From sequence record PQ724394.1: a stretch of DNA of 64,000 nucleotides; one strand, given 5' to 3'. The stretch is from a phage. Below are positions 59,809 to 64,000 of this stretch, in pieces. A program made the translations under genes and the position numbers. Numbering within the stretch: the stretch's first letter is position 1; each line of letters opens with the position of its first letter. The notes under the pieces are model-generated. The model was not told where the DNA came from. It saw only the letters and a program-made list of their open reading frames with translations, and did not search any database.

Positions 59809-60312
59809 TTATCTCATTTCAATAAAATCTACGAGTTCAGCATGGGATTTGCGGAACATTACTTGGCGGTCACCAATGACTACCTCATCTTCAGGTATTT
59901 CGTAAACAGCAAGATAGAATCCTTTAGAAGATAATTCTTCGCGCTCTTCATGAGTGAACCAGCGCATCATATCATACTCGCTGGCAAAAGCAAAATGGTA
60001 GAGGTTAACAAACCAACCCGGAATATAATCGTCACAGTCTTCATAATCGGGTCGTTTCCACTTAGTTCTAATGGCTTTATTAGAATTTTCTACCAACAAC
60101 TTATCTTGACTTGGTAGTGGGATATTTTTATTAATGCTATGATGATGTCTAAAAATAGGTCTGTCTAAACCTACTTCCAATAACCAGCCTTCACTCCATG
60201 AGTCTGTTGTACTTCTATACGGGGTCATTTGAGTACAGAGGTCTCGTCGTATTGTGATAGCGTTTCCATCATCTAAGATACTGAACGATGACTCAACTCG
60301 ATAAATTTTCAT
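59809..60312 (-). CDS. Hypothetical protein (167 aa); MotB-like position
   Basis: ORF immediately downstream of dexA; position only. Confidence 0.4.
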   Translation of the reverse strand: MKIYRVESSFSILDDGNAITIRRDLCTQMTPYRSTTDSWSEGWLLEVGLDRPIFRHHHSINKNIPLPSQDKLLVENSNKAIRTKWKRPDYEDCDDYIPGWFVNLYHFAFASEYDMMRWFTHEEREELSSKGFYLAVYEIPEDEVVIGDRQVMFRKSHAELVDFIEMR

Positions 60313-60372
60313 TTTGTTCTCCTCATGTTGATAGGGTAGATAATATCATGTCATGAGGAGAAGTAAACACTT

Positions 60373-61047
60373 TTATCGATTTTTTATACTTAATGGGTCT
60401 GGATTCTCAGGAACATCTTCCAGGTTTAAAGCATATCGTTGGGCATATTTCAGCATCAAGATATCCTTAGCACAGTCATGGATAGAGTCATGAGCAACAA
60501 AACCATTCAATGTTCCGTTAGGCAGAGGGCACATGCTCAATCCGCGCGTCAGTGAATACGCTTCAATAGCTGTACGGATATCACGTTGGTTCCAGAATTT
60601 AACCGGTTCTAATTTACTGGTATCGATTTCGTTCTCAGGAACACCTTCAGAACGATAAGCATCGCGAATAAGGTCCACCAAGATTGGAAAGTCAAAGGAC
60701 ATTCCACGGCACCACATCTGGGATTTCCATTGGTCCACTTCGTTTTTACGACAGTATTCTAGGAAATTACCAAGGCCGATAGAAGTACTCACATCAATTT
60801 CGGACGGAGCCAGGTTTTTACGTGCTTCAGGTCCTTGTTCTTTCCACCACTGCAATGTGCTTTTAGAGAACAGACGTTTATCGCGTTGAGAAGCCAAATC
60901 GAATTTAATACGAAGGCCGCGTTGAGTAAGCTCTTCAAACGATTCTACTACCTCTGGATTAGGGTCGTAAGCAATTACGGCGAGGTCGATAACTGCTGCA
61001 TTTTGGGTAGTGGCAAAGGTTTCAAAGTCAATAATTATATCTTTCAT
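60373..61047 (-). CDS. dexA: Exonuclease A (DEDD 3'-5' exonuclease)
   Basis: 224 aa; N-terminal IIIDFETFA motif; synteny with dda. Confidence 0.85.
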   Translation of the reverse strand: MKDIIIDFETFATTQNAAVIDLAVIAYDPNPEVVESFEELTQRGLRIKFDLASQRDKRLFSKSTLQWWKEQGPEARKNLAPSEIDVSTSIGLGNFLEYCRKNEVDQWKSQMWCRGMSFDFPILVDLIRDAYRSEGVPENEIDTSKLEPVKFWNQRDIRTAIEAYSLTRGLSMCPLPNGTLNGFVAHDSIHDCAKDILMLKYAQRYALNLEDVPENPDPLSIKNR

Positions 61048-61283
61048 TTAACGTACCTCATAAGGTCTCGGATTTGGCCAACGGTGTAGTCTTCAATATA
61101 AACCGAAGAGATATTGTCGTCCATCAGTTTTTGCACCGCAATAAAATCACTTTCAATATCTTTAAGTGAGTGCAAGACCTTATGAGCCTTGCCACGGATA
61201 TTTGTATCGTCTGGGTTGACCTTAATAATATATTCCGTCTCGAATTTCAACTTATAAAATTGGTCTTTAGTTACTTTAATCAT
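61044..61283 (-). CDS. Hypothetical protein (79 aa from internal ATG)
   Basis: ATG 61283 with GAGGAA RBS; track start overlaps dda 3' end. Confidence 0.45.
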   Translation of the reverse strand: MIKVTKDQFYKLKFETEYIIKVNPDDTNIRGKAHKVLHSLKDIESDFIAVQKLMDDNISSVYIEDYTVGQIRDLMRYVK

Positions 61284-61290
61284 ATTTTCC

Positions 61291-62622
61291 TCAAACATAA
61301 TAGGCATCAGTACGAGCACGGGTAATACTAACATAAGCCAGCTGTGAAGCTAAATTGGCATCAGCCATGTGCATGCACGGAGTATAGATGAAACTGTTTT
61401 GGACAGTAAGGCCCTGTGATTTATGAACGGTGCTCACCGGAAGAGCTCTAACCTTAGTGAACATTCGCTTGGCTTTCCAGAAATCAGCCCACTTAGGTTT
61501 CTTACCAGTTCCACGCATAGCCTTGTACTCAGTAGCCACCTTAGCCAAGAAATAATGGAACTTCTCAACTGAAGCCTCATCAATAACTTTCAAGTGTTCT
61601 ACGTAGTACTCGTCATCCTCATCAATAGATTCAACCTGGAGGTCCCAGTAATTAATCATCTGGCGAGTGCCTACATCCTTGGCAGACAAGAACAATGAGG
61701 TATGGTTCACATCTAAAATACGAACCATTTGGCCGTTATTAAAAATGGTTTCAGAGAATTTCTTACCATCGTATTCGAGCTCCTTCATAAAAGGCTCTTG
61801 CATCACGAGGATTTCGCCCTTGATATAAGGCACCTCGGTTTCATAAAGCTTTTTACGAATAATGCTATTCAGCTTTTCAACCGATTTATTCGTATAAGCA
61901 AACATCCTGTTCTCAAACAAGGCATCGGCATCTTTTACGATGGAAAAATAATTCATCATAAAATCTTTTAAAGCCGTTTGAGATTTAAAACCATGGACCC
62001 CATGACCTTCGAATATACAATCTCGGAACCATCCACCGTTACGGATTTCAGTAGCAACCTCAATGATAGGAGCATTACTACGCATTACTTCAGTAAGGTG
62101 TAGCTGTTTAATTTTAGGATGAGTAAAGAATGGAGACAACTGAGGACTTCCATCACTTCCTGGTTCTACAGGTTGTAACTGTGCTCGGTCGCCAATCCCC
62201 AGTACAGTGCACCATGGTGGAACCGATGCTTCGATAATCTTAAACAACTTACCGTCAATCATTGAGCCTTCGTCTACCACAAGAACATTACATTTGCTCA
62301 AGTCAGGAGCTTCACGTTGTTCAAAAATATCCTGGTCTTCGTATGTAGTCGGGTTAATCTTTAGGATTCGGTGAATTGTCGATGCTTCTTGGCCTGCGAG
62401 TTTCGACAATACCTTCTTGGCCGCGTGTGTAGGTGCGGTCAAAATAACTCCGAGTTCGCCATTCTTGACTAAGTGGTCAAGGATAAATTTAGTAAGGGTC
62501 GTTTTACCTGTACCCGCAGGTCCATTCAATGTAATCCATTCGCCCTTACGTCGTTTAATAGCTTCAATGATTTCTTTAAAGGCCGTCCGTTGCCCAATAT
62601 TCAAGTCTTCAAATGTAATCAT
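61291..62622 (-). CDS. dda: DNA helicase Dda (SF1B)
   Basis: 443 aa; Walker A NGPAGTGKTTL; N-terminus like T4 Dda. Confidence 0.95.
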   Translation of the reverse strand: MITFEDLNIGQRTAFKEIIEAIKRRKGEWITLNGPAGTGKTTLTKFILDHLVKNGELGVILTAPTHAAKKVLSKLAGQEASTIHRILKINPTTYEDQDIFEQREAPDLSKCNVLVVDEGSMIDGKLFKIIEASVPPWCTVLGIGDRAQLQPVEPGSDGSPQLSPFFTHPKIKQLHLTEVMRSNAPIIEVATEIRNGGWFRDCIFEGHGVHGFKSQTALKDFMMNYFSIVKDADALFENRMFAYTNKSVEKLNSIIRKKLYETEVPYIKGEILVMQEPFMKELEYDGKKFSETIFNNGQMVRILDVNHTSLFLSAKDVGTRQMINYWDLQVESIDEDDEYYVEHLKVIDEASVEKFHYFLAKVATEYKAMRGTGKKPKWADFWKAKRMFTKVRALPVSTVHKSQGLTVQNSFIYTPCMHMADANLASQLAYVSITRARTDAYYV

Positions 62623-62918
62623 GCCAATTTTACTCGCTTAACATATAAAGTGTCTAAAATCAATTTTAATTCTCGAGCCCGTTCTTTGGTAGGAAAAACT
62701 GTTTTAGTTTCCCACTTATCAAACCACCATTTTCTTGGCGTGCACACTGTTTCAAGGCGTCCAAGCCGAAGATATCTTTTTGTTGAGATTTCATAAGCCT
62801 CTAAAGCAGTGTCGGCTCCAATCTTTGTCGAATACAAAGTCACTTCACCGGCATCTTCTAATGGAATTTCATACCCGTCTTTGTCCTTGTGAACTAATAC
62901 GTATGCATAGTACATCAC
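62619..62918 (-). CDS. Hypothetical protein (99 aa)
   Basis: ORF, start overlaps upstream stop. Confidence 0.5.
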   Translation of the reverse strand: MMYYAYVLVHKDKDGYEIPLEDAGEVTLYSTKIGADTALEAYEISTKRYLRLGRLETVCTPRKWWFDKWETKTVFPTKERARELKLILDTLYVKRVKLA

Positions 62919-62919
62919 G

Positions 62920-63669
62920 TTAACCTCTAATCAGTGAAAAAATTGAAGCATTCAGCGGAAGACCTTTTTTCAACTTCAATTTGTCAATAAAAGAAAGGTG
63001 TTCTAAACGCTCCAGACCTTGAATAATTTTATCATACATATCGTAACGCGTTTCTGCTTCAGACAATTTAAACTTGACACGCCAATCAGGTCCACCAATT
63101 AAAGATTTAAGACCTTTTTCCATAGTACCGATTGAAGCGTTAGAACCATGGATACGGGCCTTAACTGCGATAACAGAAGGGGTCTTATCGGTAGCTCCCG
63201 ATTTAATAAGGTCTTTAAGACGTTTTTCACGTTTTTTAAGACCTCTTTGGGTATCTTTAATATTTTTAACGATTTTACGAATTTTATAATAGTTATCAGG
63301 AGTAACTTTAAAACTATTAGGCATTTTAGAACTACCTGAAATACGAACTGCTAAACGAGTCTGGGCACGTTTCAGTTCATCAAGGGACAAATCGGCACGT
63401 AAGCTGTTATACTTAACTTTAACTGGGATTACATTACCCTCAATATAGCCGATATCGTTGTTAAAACGTTCAAATGAAATCTTATCATTAACTGAATTTT
63501 CATCAAAGTACTCGCCCGAATAAGCGCACACTTTTTGTTCGAGAAGTCTACGAACATACTTACTAGACAGATTGAAGTCCTTACCGCGTTTATAAGCAGA
63601 AGCTTTGGTGTGTTTGCGGCGGTTGTAAACCTTTAACTCAAATTCATCGTTAGTTTTAATAGTAGGCAT
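62920..63669 (-). CDS. Hypothetical basic protein (249 aa); Srd-like by position and length
   Basis: Position upstream of dda as T4 srd and similar length; no motif support. Confidence 0.45.
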   Translation of the reverse strand: MPTIKTNDEFELKVYNRRKHTKASAYKRGKDFNLSSKYVRRLLEQKVCAYSGEYFDENSVNDKISFERFNNDIGYIEGNVIPVKVKYNSLRADLSLDELKRAQTRLAVRISGSSKMPNSFKVTPDNYYKIRKIVKNIKDTQRGLKKREKRLKDLIKSGATDKTPSVIAVKARIHGSNASIGTMEKGLKSLIGGPDWRVKFKLSEAETRYDMYDKIIQGLERLEHLSFIDKLKLKKGLPLNASIFSLIRG

Positions 63670-63807
63670 GATATTTTTCTCATCTTACGGACGATTAGTT
63701 GATAGGTCTATAGTATCATGTTGCTTAATAAAGTAAACACTTTTTTGCTTTAAATTTTCAACGGTATAATGAATCAAGGACTTTGCCTTTCAATTAAACC
63801 GGGTGGT

Positions 63808-64000
63808 TCAGTAAGAAAGAACGGAAAGATTCCAAATAGTGTAATTATTCCATTTAGGATTTCTCTCAATAGAGTCTACGCGTAGCGTAGTTCCCGCAGG
63901 GAACATCATCTCATCTTCATCATTAATTAATTGTAAGTTTGCTACACGGGTAGATTCAGGAAATGCTCCTGGGAACTCTTCAGGGGGAGCAGCACACAAC
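63808..64000 (-). CDS. 3' end of a Mod-like ADP-ribosyltransferase gene (5' part beyond window)
   Basis: C-terminus contains EDEMMFPAGTTLRV, matching the ExE catalytic block of the two Alt paralogs (EAEIILPRGLLLKV / EAEVILPRGLMVKV). Confidence 0.5.
   Translation of the reverse strand, partial: LCAAPPEEFPGAFPESTRVANLQLINDEDEMMFPAGTTLRVDSIERNPKWNNYTIWNLSVLSY

Overview
This window is a contiguous piece of a T4-like (T-even type) myovirus genome: AT-rich, densely packed with genes, and with no rRNA, tRNA, CRISPR or integrase signal that I can support. Gene order follows the phage T4 map. On the plus strand, the baseplate hub/tail tube genes 28 (3' end), 29, 48 and 54 open the window. A long minus-strand block follows: two tandem Alt-type ADP-ribosyltransferases, DNA ligase (30), an accessory block with a HAD-like and a NADAR-like protein, rIII, 31, cd, pseT, a spanin pair, rnlA, denA, nrdB, nrdA, td, frd, 32, 59, 33, dsbA and rnh. 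The plus-strand long tail fibre operon 34-35-36-37-38 and holin t come next, with a T2-type glycine-rich gp38 adhesin. The window ends with minus-strand asiA, motA, 52, small membrane peptides, stp, ndd, rIIB, rIIA, 39 (one contiguous ORF), dexA, dda, an srd-like gene and the 3' end of a Mod-like ADP-ribosyltransferase. Between the core genes sit many small accessory ORFs of unknown function, each served by a repeated early-promoter/stem-loop/RBS cassette and bounded by UUCG-tetraloop hairpins. The most interesting candidates are: (1) the ADP-ribosylation set (two Alt paralogs plus a Mod-like gene) together with a NADAR-like/HAD-like pair next to DNA ligase; (2) a 350-nt non-coding island beside rIII; (3) the unannotated accessory ORF clusters. 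All protein calls rest on motifs and T4 sequences recalled from memory plus synteny; no database search or computation was run. The supplied ORF track counts TTG/GTG as start codons, so several starts were moved to an internal ATG with a Shine-Dalgarno sequence; these are marked.
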